Below, in pieces: positions 1-13,271 of a stretch of 64,000 nt of DNA. This DNA comes from Callorhinchus milii (Eukaryota): assembly GCF_018977255.1 (NCBI RefSeq), contig NW_024704742.1, forward strand, positions 83,144,001 through 83,208,000, written 5' to 3'. The first letter of the stretch is position 1; each line of letters starts with the position of its first letter. The notes beneath the pieces were generated by a model, which saw nothing but the letters and a program-made list of their open reading frames with translations, had not been told where the DNA came from and ran no database searches. Position numbers and translations under genes: made by a program.

Positions 1-164
1 CCTTTACCGACCAAACATCATCGCTGTCTGCATCAGTGTCAGAAAAACATACCAAGCAGTAAACAAGAGATGCAAGGGCAATGTTGAAAACCAATCAAAT
101 TAGAGGCAAGTTTAGACCATGAAACACAAAGCTCTATTTTGTGAATAAACTATAAAAAGTTTTA

Positions 165-335
165 TTCATTCATTTCATGGCTATTTGTGGGACATTGCTG
201 TGTACACTTGTGCTCCCACATTTGCCTACATATACACACAGTCACTCCATTTCATAGTAAATTCTGTGAAACGCTTTGAGACGTCCTTCCAACATGTAAA
301 GCACTGTCCAAAATGCAAGGATTATTATTTATTAT
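165..335 (+). mobile_element. SINE 3' tail fragment (intronic)
   Basis: tttgtgggacattgctgtg...ctgtgaaacgctttgagacgtc...tgcaaggattattatt, shared with many copies in the window. Confidence 0.85.
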
Positions 336-1090
336 AAATGGCAAAATGTTTTTTTAAACCATATTCCTCCTAACACTAAGGTTTCAATTTATGTCAACAT
401 ATTACTGTTACTGTGTGGCTGCCTTTTTGTTGCCTTGAAACGACGGTTAAATATGATGGTGCTATGTCCAAATTCATAAATGATGATGGATATTGATCTT
501 ATTCTGTTACATGTTAAATATATGGTAAAACTTGTGTAAACCACACAAAACTGCTTTGATTGTACTGTTGCTATCTCCCATTGCAATTCACTCTTATTAA
601 AGAGAATGTCCCATCCAAGCATTGTTTTTCCTGGCAAAATTAGTTTCACATTTATTCAGGATTCTGATATCCTCGTTGCCAATTTCAGCACTTGATCCCA
701 ATGTAACAATGCTAAAGCCAAAGCCCAAACTTGCTTTCAAATATACAGTAAACTCCCAGCTTGCCAGACTCCGGGTATCTAGAATTCAGACCTAGCTGGA
801 CCTGGTCTGAAATGGAAACATTAAAAAGAAATTTCCAATTTCAAATGTATTCATTCATGAGGCCAGGTTGCACAAGAATGAGATATAGAGCCAACTGTAG
901 TTTAACATTAAGAGCTAATGTTTGCAGAAATGCTTAACCTCAGAGTGCAGTACCTGCAAATTATATTCTGGGGATATTATTAGCACAGAATGGCCCATCG
1001 CTCCAGAGAAACTGACTTCTTTGAACCACATCGCTCTCACTTTACCATCACAACCTGCATTCCTGCTGCCTCCGTTTTCTGCCTTCAGAG

Positions 1091-1136
1091 CTTTTCATTT
1101 CCATTCTGAATTATTTCTTCTTGTTTCTTTCCCCAG
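1091..1136 (+). promoter_or_regulatory. 3' splice site (polypyrimidine tract + AG) of the last intron
   Basis: ttatttcttcttgtttctttccccAG directly before the in-frame exon. Confidence 0.9.
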
Positions 1137-1205
1137 GATCAGTATCAGTTCTGCTATCGGGCTGCACTGGAGTACCTCGGAAGCTTCGATCACTATGCAA
1201 CGTAA
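1137..1205 (+). CDS. PTPRD: Terminal coding exon of a LAR-family (type IIa) receptor protein tyrosine phosphatase, most likely PTPRD; the rest of the gene lies upstream of the window
   Basis: A polypyrimidine tract and CAG acceptor end at 1136, followed by [25 protein letters not shown], the PTPRD/PTPRF/PTPRS C-terminus. Downstream blocks (TATTCCAGGTGGACCAAGAATT; GATTTAGTTTTTTAG...TACTGCTGACCTGTGCTTCATT) match my recollection of the vertebrate PTPRD 3'UTR. Too short to appear in the ORF track. Confidence 0.9.
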   Translation, partial: DQYQFCYRAALEYLGSFDHYAT

Positions 1206-2379
1206 AACCTGATTCACCTTGGATTTATAACAGGCCATTTAAGATCCAGAGAGCCTCTTCTGAGCCATACAGTGTGCTTGAGAAGTACAACTTACTCCTA
1301 GCTAAAGATAAATTTGGGGGGGAGGGACGAGGGGAAATTAAAAAAAAACTATTCCAGGTGGACCAAGAATTGGCAGTTTAATAACCGAATCTGAAAATGG
1401 AGGCAAGACTCCTTTCCGATAAAGGACCGGAAGGATTTTTTCGGGTAACTCATGGATTCAACTTTGATGACTGACTGAAGTGAAGCAAACGTACATTGTA
1501 AAAACATTAATTGTGCAGAGGATTTTCCGAGAACTCTGGAAGGTGGGATTGCAAAGCTGAATCTTGAGAGTACTGTACCTGGAAAGGAAAGAAGCTGTTA
1601 TAAAAGGCCAGTTCCTGACTTATAAAACTATTTGGATATGTTTGCTTCAACATCACCCCTTTCCACCATTCGCTCATACTAATTATCAAGGGAGGGCGGG
1701 GATGTTCAAATTACTGATTTAGTTTTTTAGTACTGTAATATACTGCTGACCTGTGCTTCATTTTTAACTGTGTAAACTTTTTGCCCTTTTTTAACAAAAG
1801 TTTATCATTCGATGAAGTGAATTTAAAAAAAAGTTGCTTATCTGTTCATAATTTCATTTTGTTTTCTTTTTTTTTCAAAAACTGTAGCTTTTTTTAAGCT
1901 GTCGAAATGATGTATGTATCTGGCTGTAGAAATGGAGATAATTTTCGATTTTTTTAAGGCACATTTTTTTTTGTGCAGTCCCTTTTATTTATCTACCACA
2001 TAATAGTCTGAGGTTTTGTTTCTCTCTCTCTCACTCTCTCATTTAAATGGAAATTAACCCATAGCAGTCAGTTAATGGATAAAAAACTTTTTAAAAGAAA
2101 GAAAAAAAGGGCCTTTATGGAATCAACAAGGAGGCGCAAAGTATAAAACTGCTGCTACTGAATTCCTGAGATCTTCCGTGTCAAGGATTTAAGATGTGGT
2201 TGAATAGCTTGCCAAATATGTCACTAGCAACCTCCATCTGAATAATAATTAGTTGTCTAGGTTTCCGTGATGAGATGGTGAGACGTTAGTGTCTACTGGA
2301 ATGCACATCAATGAACTCAGTAATCCATGTTTAATAAGGTCGTTATGATATACTGAAACGTATCTTTGCACATGTACAC

Positions 2380-2385
2380 AATAAA
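2380..2385 (+). terminator. Candidate proximal polyadenylation signal
   Basis: AATAAA with TGTA (2373-2376) upstream and U-rich sequence downstream. Confidence 0.45.
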
Positions 2386-4537
2386 TTGCATTATAAAAAA
2401 AACACGTTTTAAACCTTAGCGTGGAAATTTTTTTTCTGCCTCTGTACGTTACAGCAACCGTAGAATACCAATGTCAGTGTCAGATGATCATGCCTGCGTC
2501 ATGGAGTAAACAAGAGTTGTCTTTAGTTTCTTAAAGTCCCAATGAAAATTGTAGCGAAAAATGACTTTACGTGCAAGGTTGGAGAGCCATTAGATTCATT
2601 TCTGTATACTTTTGTGAGTTTGTCTTCACTGACTTGTGTATCTGACAGGAAGGGATTTTATGTGTATGAGTGTGTGTATGGAAGCTCAACATGCACATTG
2701 TTTGACGACATGACATGGTTAAATGCCAGAGCTCAGTTATGAGACTGAAACAAGTAAAGACACGATAATCACATCATGGGTCAGATAACAGGTAAAGCCA
2801 GGCCTGGCGTTTAATAAGGCAATCATCTGACATAATCATCTTTGTGTGGGTGTCTCTTGATAATGCAGTCACTGTCAGAGTTTTGTGCTAGTTCTGAGAA
2901 GTACTGACCCTTTATATCATGCTGATATCCCTCTTACCATGTCTTCCCTTTCTTACATTGTCCCATTTGTGTACGCCATCAGCCTTGCAGATTTTGTTCA
3001 ATTACAGTATTAGAAATTGTATAAGGAAATAGAGATTTTTTTTAGGGGGGGGGGGGTTCACTGCAGTATCCCAAGGACTGTGGCAACTAACTCCATATCG
3101 TTTATTTTTTAAATTACTATTTTTAAAACAAAATTGCTTTCTTGACCTTCAAGGTCAAAAGCTGTATTTAAAAGCATGCAAAGATACTCTTGTATTGTGT
3201 AAAAAAAACAAGCACGCTGTCGAGAACACTATCTCAGGATAGACCTGGATGGAGCTTCAATCATTCAGGTGCATATGTAATGCATTTACATGTATTGACC
3301 TATTCACAGTTTGCTCATTTTTTCCATCAAACGTGTGAAGAACACATACCAGCACTCAGCAAAGGCCAAACACTGAATTACTGCCCTTTCCTGGCACAGC
3401 CAAGTGACATGTGTTGCATTTATTTATCCTGGTGGTCCTTTGTTTTTTGTGAAAAAAATGCAATCCATTCTGTGCTTATAAAGCTACGCTGCACCATAAG
3501 AACGTGCTAAGTGAGAGATTGTTATGGACAAATTCTTGTTTCCAAAGTATTTTGTCCCTGAAGAGAAACTGTTGACATATTTAAATTGCCTGGAGACTTT
3601 GCAATGGAAAGGTTTAAGATGTTAAGAATGCTGATTTTCTGATCTGGCTTCTCATTGATGTGTGTTCCTGTTTGCGCTCGCTCTCTTTCCCCAATTGACT
3701 GGTATAAATGTCTTATTAAAAACAGAACCTCCTATTCTGTATCTAGCGATGAACTTTTTTGGCCCCTCTCCTTAAAGCCATCAAGGTGCTACAATTATTT
3801 ACCCTTTAAGATATGTAGGTAATACACATATATATAATTTTTTAAAAATTAGTTCCATTTAAATAGTTCAAATGTATACTAAGCGAGTATATTTTCATTT
3901 AGCAAATCTTAACACAGATTATTTCTTCACACTAATTGTTGCTTTTCTGTTACTAATTATCCATTCATTCTTGCAAAACCTGAAGTCCTCCAGGGAGCTG
4001 TGCACTTTTCTGAAAAAAACTTTGTACTATGCACGGCCCTAGTGATTCTACACCCAACATTACGTGTCACTTGATCCCTTGTATAAGAATTACTTGTAAG
4101 TTCACTCTAGATATGTATGTAAATAACACCGAATGAATTTTTCAAGCGAAAGAGTGGAGAGTTTGCTACAATGAGCAATGGTGTTGGTGCCCTGATAAAC
4201 TCCGGAAAATAACCGAAGGCTACAGATTCTATCATATCCATCTGTCATGTGACTTTGCCATTCAAGCTTGGAGTGTCTTGAATTTCGAAACAAAGTTTTT
4301 TAAAAAAAAGATTGTGTTCACTGCTCTCATTCCGAATGCATAGATTGAAGAGAACAAAATGTAAAATGAATTGTTCAAAGAATCATACAATTACCTCTAA
4401 TTAGTAGTAAGCATAAATGTTTTACAAATTGAAGGGCGTGCTTTTTATTTTCTTACTTAGGTTACATTGGTGGCGAAAAGTCTGTAAGAAAATCAGTTCT
4501 TTGCTGACACAAGTTCCATTTGTTACAAATGAATTCT

Positions 4538-4543
4538 AATAAA
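4538..4543 (+). terminator. Distal polyadenylation signal
   Basis: AATAAA followed by a GU/U-rich element; repeats resume ~300 bp later. Confidence 0.75.
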
Positions 4544-4874
4544 AATGTCAGTGTTATGCACCAATGGTTGTTTTTATTAAACTCTGAGACATTTTTGTTT
4601 TATTGTTATTATGGAGCCTTTGCATCCAGAAAATTGGTTAAATAAGTTGGCTATTTGGGAAGTATTCAGTCCATCTATGTTTGTGAAAGCTGCTGCTGTC
4701 GCTGACTGTGGGTGCCAGGCTGTTTCAATTGAAGATGAAACAAAGGCTATTTTTGTGGTTGATACTGAATACATTATACAGGATTCATCATGAAAACAAC
4801 ACGGTTTCGCTGTTCTGCTTAAAACCACAAAGCACAGTGCTTGCCCTGCCCACTTTATTATTGGCTTAATAATC

Positions 4875-5172
4875 AATAATGATAAAAATCTTGCATTTGG
4901 TGTAGGGCCTTAATACATCATCAAAACATCGCAAAGTACTTTGCAGTGCACTGTAGGGTTGGAGTGATCCTTCTAGCCCTGGCCACCACTGTGTATGCTG
5001 AACAGGCAGACGGGGGCTCAGTTTATCTGAAGGATAACGCCTCCAAAAACCCAGCACTTTCCCAGCACTGCTTTGTAGTGTCAGCCCAGACTGTATGAAT
5101 TAACAGTTTTGATGTGAGTCTTGAATCCACAACCCTCTGTCTCAGAGGTGAGATTCTACCAAATGAGCCAGG
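4875..5172 (-). mobile_element. Old Deu-domain SINE (SacSINE1/AmnSINE-like)
   Basis: Reverse-strand tRNA-like head (ccacaaccctctgtctcagagg...tgagcc), Deu-like core (aacaggcagacggggg...gtgtcagccc) and tail. Confidence 0.7.
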
Positions 5173-5424
5173 ATGATACCTGTGATACATAAACAGTATC
5201 CTCATATTTCCAATCATTCAGAAAAGCCATCAGCTGCAAAATTGGTTAAGCAACATTTTGCTCAAAATGCTGTGTGTCTGAACCTCCAGGGAGTCATCAT
5301 GTATTATGGAGTCATTACAGCTCCCTCCAGAAACCAATTGTTTTCTGCAAAATGGAAGAATTCCATTCGACCAGCAGGCAAATAACTCCAGATGGTGTGC
5401 ACATGTCCAAAGTCCACTCATAGT

Positions 5425-5725
5425 TCTAATAATATTTGTATTTGATGTTAACGCCATATCATGCAAAAGCATCTCAAAGCGCTTCGCACATATTTCTGTA
5501 ACTCCAATTTGCACACAGCAATGTCCCACAACAAGCTATGAGCTGAGTGACCAATTTGTTTTTATCTGGAGGATTGTTGCCAAGAGGAAGATCGAGAGAA
5601 ACTGCCTTCTCTTTTCAAATAGTTGCAATAGGATCTTTAACATCCACTTGAACAGGCATTGACTGGACCTCAGTGTAATATTCCTCTGAAGAACAGCATC
5701 TTTGACAATGCTCCATTTCTGTGTT
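5425..5725 (-). mobile_element. Deu-SINE, partial
   Basis: Tail plus cttttcaaatag...ggatctttaacatccac core. Confidence 0.7.
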
Positions 5726-6873
5726 ATTTCAGGTCCGTTGCTCACTTTAGCACAAAAGGAAAATTATTTTAGGGAAGGATGGTATACTGAGAACAAAACA
5801 TTGGAAGGGAAAATGAAGACCACTACACAGTCCTCAAATGTCCAACAACGAAGCCTGCCACTGCCCTAAAACCTCCAACATAATTCAATTCAAGTATTTT
5901 TTTAAACACTGGGGTTGTCAAAGGATTTTAAAATAGAAAAGTTTTAAACTTTCCAGCATTTATTTACGTTCTGAAAGTATTTTAACATTAGCTTTTCAGT
6001 GAAACTGTGTGGGAAGCTTAATATATTACAATGAAATTCAATATGTTAGAAATAAATGATTTATTTATATTTACAGGCTTGTTGAGGCAAGCATGTGTAA
6101 TGCCTAGTTGCCTTTGAGAGAGAAATGACAAGAGAAGGCAACCTTGGTGATAGCACCATGGTTGAAGGGGTCTCAAAGCAGGGAGCCTACAGAGACAGAC
6201 TGGTTTGTGAGGAGGAGATATGAAAGATAGTTGCTGATGACATTGATGGATTAAATAGCATTTTATATCCACAGTTGAAAAACCACATGAGGATTATAAA
6301 CCATTTTGAAGAAACCTCATACTTTTTCCATAGATCTCAGAATTGACCTTTCACTCTCCAGATTTGTATTCTGTTGGCTTATTATTACTTCGTCCCACAT
6401 TAATACTATTTACACCTTACCAAATACGATTTAGCTAAAGCATTGACTCTAATTGGGAAGTGGAAGCTATCTTAACAGACACTGATGTGTAACTCATGTC
6501 ATACCACAAAATTGTGGTTGGTAACATTTTTCTTTAAGCTAAACATGAAAGATAATTCCCATTAGTGAAATGATGAAGTCACTTTGGATGGATGTTCAAA
6601 TATTTTTTTGATCCTCAAAGGCACTATACAAGTGTAATTTGTTGTTGACTCAACCAAATGCTCATAAATAGGACCCAGGAAAGAACACCTGCTGCTTATT
6701 TCAGAGAATTATTTAGATGTGTGCCTTCCCAAAGAAAATTCTTACAGGTCATTTTCCAGCGGATTTGGGAAGTTCTGCGTTCATTTGTGAATCATCAATG
6801 TTTATATCTGGGTAAGTGAAATCCTCTATTCCATAGGCAATGATATGCGCTTTGACGCCCAGGGAGTAAACAA

Positions 6874-7238
6874 GGATTCCTATAGCTCAGTAATTAGAGC
6901 ACTCGCTTTGCAAGCGAGAGTCCTGGATTTGATTCCTGGCAGGGCGAAATGTTAGACAAGTTTCTTTACACCACACGCCTCTGTTTACATAGCAGTAAGT
7001 AGGAACCTGGTTATTAGTCGATTAGAGGATCGATTTTCCAGGAGTAATAATTCCTTCAAAAAAAAAGAAATTGGTCACTCAATCCACCACTGTTTGTGGA
7101 ACACTGCTGTGTGCAATTGGCTGCCGTGATTCGCCCACAACATATACAGTTAATTCATCTTACAGTATATTCTGTGAAGCGCTTTGAGACCTGAGGAAGC
7201 TTTACATCAATTACAAGGAAACAAACTGCAAGGATTAA
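6874..7238 (+). mobile_element. Young tRNA-derived SINE, long form
   Basis: A-box tagctcagtaattagag, anticodon arm ctcgc-tttgcaa-gcgag, B-box-like motif, shared body and tail. Confidence 0.9.
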
Positions 7239-8552
7239 AGTACTGCCTGGACCAATGCTGCCCTGACATGGAATCAATGGGGCCAGGCAAAGCAGCAGTT
7301 CCAATAGGGTTCTTCTCATTCTTTTCTCCCTCGGAGCTCTCTGCTTGAAAGGACATGACTTACAAATACTTCTCTTGATTTCAGATCGTGCGTAACTCAA
7401 GTAGTAATTAGGAACATTGCCAATTTGGACTCCAGACTTGTTTTGGATTTCTTGAAATCTATGCTGGTTGTTGTATATCGAAACACTATGGAAAATATGC
7501 CTGTTCAAACATCGAACCCGCAGGGCAGTTACCCGCATGTAAGAGTTCTTCCAGGTGTGACTGGGAGAGCTTTATGCATTTCCATGTTATTTTTGGTCAG
7601 ATGCCTACACACTGATGCATAAACCCAGATCTTTCACCATGCTTACCATTGGGGATGAACGATAAAAGGTGCTGACTAGCAGCCTTTTTGAAAAAGGAGC
7701 TCTAGCTATTCTTGGATTTAAGTGAATTTATGCAGCAAATGGACCAGCTTTTAATTAACCTGTGGTAGATTGAAGAGGTGATTGAAAAGCACTAGTGTAG
7801 AGTAATCGATATGAACCAGTGGTGTATTTTTATCTCACAGTAAAATATCTTGCAAAAAAACTGCTGTTAGTTACACTAAAGAGACAAAGCAGATTCAGTG
7901 GTGTGTGCCGTTTAGAAGTGCAGTGAGCATTACAGATACATCACCTTCAATCTTATGTGGGGTTTTGATAAGGTAAATAAGGGGAAACTCTTATGGTCAC
8001 TGTGTTGCTGACCTACAAGGTATAAATTGAAAATCCTTCCCCAAAAACAAGGGAAAATTTCTGCTTTTACAGAGAAATATCCTACTAAAAACAGTGATTG
8101 AAGCCATATCAATAATAGGTTTTAAAAGTGTATCAGACAAATAGTTGAAGCAGGAAAGTAGCATTAAGAAGAGGCATGGAATGGAACTAAATGGATAGCT
8201 CTTTCAGGGGTAAAAATTGCATTCAGCATTACACACAACGCCTTTGGCAAAAGAAATCCCATTAATGGCCTGAGCTCGAAAGGCAATGTGCATAATGCTA
8301 AACAGAATTTTAACCCATATGAGGAATTGGCACGTGCTGACCAGCCTCTTCTTAGGCTGTACAATTGCTGGATTCTATCACCTACAAATTATATATTGAT
8401 CATATTCAATATTAAAGAACAGATAGCGATTCGGTTACATCTCTTACTCTGCGTGTTACCAGCAGAGAATGAGCTCCAACATCTTCAGCCCCAATTAATT
8501 TGTTTCTGTGGAATCAAAATTGCAATCCTTAAATATCACTCAGCCATAGTTA

Positions 8553-9342
8553 CAATAATAATAATCCTTGCAGTTCATATAATGCCTTATTACATCACCG
8601 AGACGTCTCAAAGCGCTTCACAGAATATATTGTGAAGTGGATTAGCTGTGTATTTTGTGGGTGAAACGTAAAATAAATGGCCTAGAAATCGTGGATAAAA
8701 ACATGTCTTCATAACCTGTCAGTAGTGACTGTGAGAAGCCTGAGGGTGAAAGCATTCTCTTGAAATTAGAGTGGTGTTCTGTCTCAAACCTGTCATTAAG
8801 GACAGTTCCAGCTCAATAAAATGTGTCACCTGAGCTAAAGCTAACATTTAAGGTTGTAATGACTCATATTCCATATTCTATACCTATCTACTCCATACTT
8901 TGCCCATAAAATACACAGTCACGCCATTTCGCGGTATATCCTGTGAAGCTCATTCAGACATATTGACAATGTGATAAAGTGCTATGTCCAAAGCAAGGAT
9001 CTTTATTTATTATTATTTTTATTATTATTGGACTCTGGTTGACCAACATTTAGTATAAATTTTAAAAAATGCAGTATATTCCATTTTCAAATGTGCCTCT
9101 TTTCAGATCTCTAAATGTAACTATGTTACAATATTATTTTGCTATGTTGAATGTAGAATATCATATTGATCATACTTATCATATGTATTCATGCTTATGT
9201 GCTTAATGCAATTGGCTGCCGTGTTTCGTCACCAAAATATACAGTCAATCTGCAATACAATATATTCTGTGAAGTGATTTGAGATATCACAACAGCGTGA
9301 TAAGGCGTTATATAAAATGCAAGGAACATTATTATTATTTAT
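8553..9342. mobile_element. Three SINE tail fragments (8553-8670 minus; ~8895-9028 and ~9205-9342 plus)
   Basis: Each carries the ctgtgaag...gcaagg(a)ttattatt tail motif. Confidence 0.75.
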
Positions 9343-10477
9343 AGTGCAACTAGCTCAAAGCCACATCAGAAGATGTAGTCAGATATGTAATAAAAGTTGA
9401 CAGTATACTTGAACGATTATAATAAAATGAATGAGAATGGCTATGAAAACATTAAAATGACTTCTTACAGTTTGTTCATGTCAAGGACTTAATTACAAAC
9501 CTATGTTTGTGTTTACATTGTTTGGTAGATTTCTCTAAGGCGTGCCTGTTTCGCTGCTGTGCAGCTCATCTGTTGAGGCTTTAATCTGCACACTGAACCA
9601 AGAAAAATTTTATTGGAAGTTCTTCGAGAATTTGGAGTGAAATTTCTAATAGTCTGCTGAGGGGTCAGAAAATGACTCCACGTAACCCCTGCACAATACA
9701 ATGGGTATGAAACATGAATTATAGCTTTAGCTGGCAGTACAAATATCCCTCTGAATGCTCACTTGCTGTTTCCAAACTACCCTCTAAGCCAGTCCTCTGG
9801 CCTCTGCACCTCATTGTTGTTACGTCATCCTCTGGGAAGTTTTCTCACCTTGCCTTCCCCTGAACAGTGCAAGACATTGCACCCTGCTTTGACCAGAGCA
9901 GAGGGATGTGATTGAAAACTCTATTGGCCTCAGCGACTGTGTGCACAGAACACTTGCAGGGTTAGATGTATAGCATTATGCACAGTAGCAAGGAGTCAGT
10001 GAGGATTTAATCATCTTCTGCTTCTACACACAATACCAGCACAAAGTGAACCAGGACAGCATCATTAATCCCACTGACACAACAGGAGATGTTTTAAAGC
10101 CTTTGGACTAAATCTCTTTTGCAATTTGTAGTGCCAAATGTTTTATATCGCATCAAATATTCACAAACTAGTTCATGAAATAATAATAGCCAACCCTGAA
10201 GGGGAATGGGACAAAGTGCTGCAATGTATTGGCTGAAATGCTTTACTTGTACAGCATATGCTATACTGTATATTGTGAAAAATATAGTCTTTATGCCTAA
10301 AAATAGGGTTTACAATCTTGGTAATATCATCGTAACAATACCCCCACTCTCCCCACTGCCCACATTGTCTATGCTGACAACCCAATGCCGTGCTGGGGGT
10401 GTCAGCATTTTTAGAGGTGGCATGCTTTGGATGAGACGTTAAACTGAGGTCCCATCTGTAAACAGACTCAAACAGAT

Positions 10478-10615
10478 TGCCAGGAAGGTTGCTTCAGGCC
10501 ATAACTGAACTTATGTAAGAAATAGCTTGATGCTGTAACGGGAAGGTAGAAGGATGCATATTCTGGAAATATTAGATTAATTTGACCAAAGAGCCTTCTT
10601 CGTCTGAATCTGTGT
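10478..10615 (+). mobile_element. CR1 3' end fragment
   Basis: agcttgatgctg...gccttcttcgtct similar to the CR1 tail at 22870-23018. Confidence 0.5.
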
Positions 10616-10964
10616 TTTGAATGGGTCAGATGAGTATTACTTGCTAGCTGATTTCTCTCCTCACATATTTAATGGTTAGTAAATGTCACAGGTCAGTGAT
10701 GGCAATGAGGCAAGAATAAACAGTCATAGTTTGTTTAAAGTCAGTTCCCCTGGACAATATACACATGGAAAGAGTGAAAAAAGGATATTTGATGTAGAGT
10801 TCACTCCCAAGAGATTTCCCAATGAGCTCCACCCATCTCACAATACACACCTGCAGATCTTTCCCGGTGCCTTCCACCCTCTCCCTTCCAAGGAGAGGCA
10901 AGAAAAATAGGGAAATAAAAAAAACATAGCCAATTTGGGGATATAAAATATTTCCTGAAAGATT

Positions 10965-11151
10965 CCATAATAAATTGGTCACTCAATCCATGACGTTTTG
11001 TGGGACACTGCTGTGCGCAATGGTCTGCCGCGTTTCACCCACAAAATATACAATTAATTTGCTTTGCAATATAATCTGTGAAACGCTTTGAGATTTCTCA
11101 ACCATGTGATAATGCGCTATGTATGTCAAATGCAAGAATTATTATTATTAT
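10965..11151 (+). mobile_element. 5'-truncated young SINE
   Basis: aataaattggtcactcaatcc...tgcaagaattattattatt. Confidence 0.85.
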
Positions 11152-11524
11152 TCCTTCTCGACTCCCCAGGGAAGTCAGCGAGCTGCAGGAGAGCACTGAG
11201 TCATTACCAACTCATGAGAGCACAGTTAGACTCACTTCAGTCATGGGGTTTGAAACTGGTGAATGAAACCTCGAGAAATTTTAAGGAGCTGTATGCATTT
11301 CATCTCATGAAACCTCCCTCAGAATTTGGAGAAGTGGTGTTGTTGCAGTCTAAATGTGCAGATAGAGAGTGGCAGGTGAACGAATGAAACATTACTGTTC
11401 ACTGTAGACCTAGAAATCATTTTAAACAGGAATATTCTGCTTTTTGTTTCTCCTAATATATCTGTAGTCCCGAATGGGACATTGAAGAATTCCTCAGTCA
11501 GCAAGGCGTAGAGTACTGCAGCTG

Positions 11525-12082
11525 TCAGTCTGAGCTGTCAGATCACAACGATTCTTGGTCTGTAAACTGCTTTCATTATCGATGGGGTTGGACAGATTCT
11601 GGCTCAAATAGGACTTCAGGGTTTTGTGAGTTCCTTTATTTTAAAGCAAAAGTTCATGATTTCTGACCTCACCCAACATTTCTGGGTATTGTGTGCATGA
11701 GTCTGAGTCACATCATAAGCATGTGCAGATTTTGATAAAGGCAACCAAGCACTTTCACAAAATAACTGAGGTTCACTGTGAATCCCTTCAAGTCAAAGCT
11801 TGCCAGTAAGTATCCGTAATGGCAAGCTGGTTTTAGTTGGGCAAATTCCAGTAGAACATCAATGTACACTCGGGTCCACAAGCTGTGACCACAACAGACA
11901 CCATATACTTTCTGGGATTAGGTGAGCAAGATAAGTCCCTCCAGGGAGAAAGTATAAACTTCATTCCAGAAGCAGAAATTTTTTCATGTAGAAGTGGAAT
12001 GCTCAGTACTTGTACTTGGATACTCTCAAGCACAGTGATGGGATTCTCTATGTGTCAAACACCCGACTGGCCAGCAAGAAAA
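11525..12082 (+). repeat. Unclassified structured repeat 'family X', copy C
   Basis: Reverse-complement similarity to 29767-30560 and 51841-52107 (e.g. ccacaagct, ttaggtgagc, ctccagggaga, ttggatactc, tgtgtcaaacacccgactg). Confidence 0.7.
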
Positions 12083-13271
12083 CAAATTCAAAGTGAAATA
12101 TTACATAGAAAGTATTGCCATATGGCGGGTTTCCATGGGTGGTTACCAATACCTGTTGGAGTTGGTAGCACTCCTCTGAAGGCAGCATCTGCATGTTTAT
12201 CTCTGACTGGGCCAGTGACTGATGAGAGCAGTTTACATACCAAAGAATTGATTTGATCTGACAGAACAAATACAATAGTGCCGCAATGCTCCACAACTAG
12301 CTAAACTTGAATGTTTTCTGAGTCCCACTGCTAGCATTCGAACTATTCTAGCGCATTCCTATCCGTAGGGGAGGGAGCATGCAGAGGGATAGAATTAGAA
12401 TAAATAGTTCCATATTGGTAACTAGATCCAGCTTGTGATCATCTGGATGGCCTTCTTCTGTACTGTTAACTTTCTATTGTCTGGGTGAATGAGACAATGT
12501 TCGATTATCAGTCTCAAAGGAACCATCTTCCTTATTTCTTGCAAAAAGTTCAATGTCAGTGTGCAAAACATGTGACCAGCAAAACCATCACTTGTTTCTT
12601 CTGATTTGATTATGGGGATTGTCAGATTGTGTGTGTGTGTGTGTGAGACCTAAATCTAATTATTGATGCCTCTTCTGGTCAAAAGTGTGGGACAGAGCCA
12701 GGCTTTAGATGCAATGCAGTGGAGCAATGTCAAATGGGCAGAATGGAAGTGGTAAGTTCTTAAAAGGCAGTGAGGTAGTGTTTTGTAATACGTCCCCTAT
12801 GCTAATAAACAGAAAGAATGAGTTATGGTACGCAACAAACATTATCCCATTGTTTACTGGTGTTTTTTTTCTTTCGTGGCTGTCTTGAGCTGTAAAGGGT
12901 TAAACTTAATCTGTATTTCATCAGTGGAATTGTAGTGATTAGCATTTTAATGAAGTATTTATTCCCCTGATAGCATTCAGCCCAAATTCTAGGTTCAGTA
13001 AGTAAACAACTGGTTTGATAAATCTGGCTCAGTACTGGGACTATTAGTGGTTTAGGAGAGTTGTGTACTGCTATTCTTTAAAATCTGCCATTCGCACAGA
13101 TGTATGTGTATGTATGTATGTGTCTCTCAGAAGATATGTAGAACAGAACTTAATTACCTCATTAGGTAATACACTCACCAAAGGAGAAAGCAAGGCTTAA
13201 AGGCCTTGGCTCTTCCACTTTCCTTTTGACAGCATGAATCAAGTTAAGAGGACCTTAGAATATATCAAGAT

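Larger units (their letters stand above)
1206..4560 (+). other. PTPRD: Long 3'UTR of PTPRD
   Basis: Follows the stop codon, is AU/U-rich and contains no interspersed repeats. Ends at AATAAA 4538-4543 followed by a GU/U-rich downstream element (ggttgtttttt). Confidence 0.75.

Noticed and set aside
743..830. Tigger/TcMar-like end (tacagtaaactccc) with a small hairpin
   Set aside because: No matching opposite end found; too short to call.
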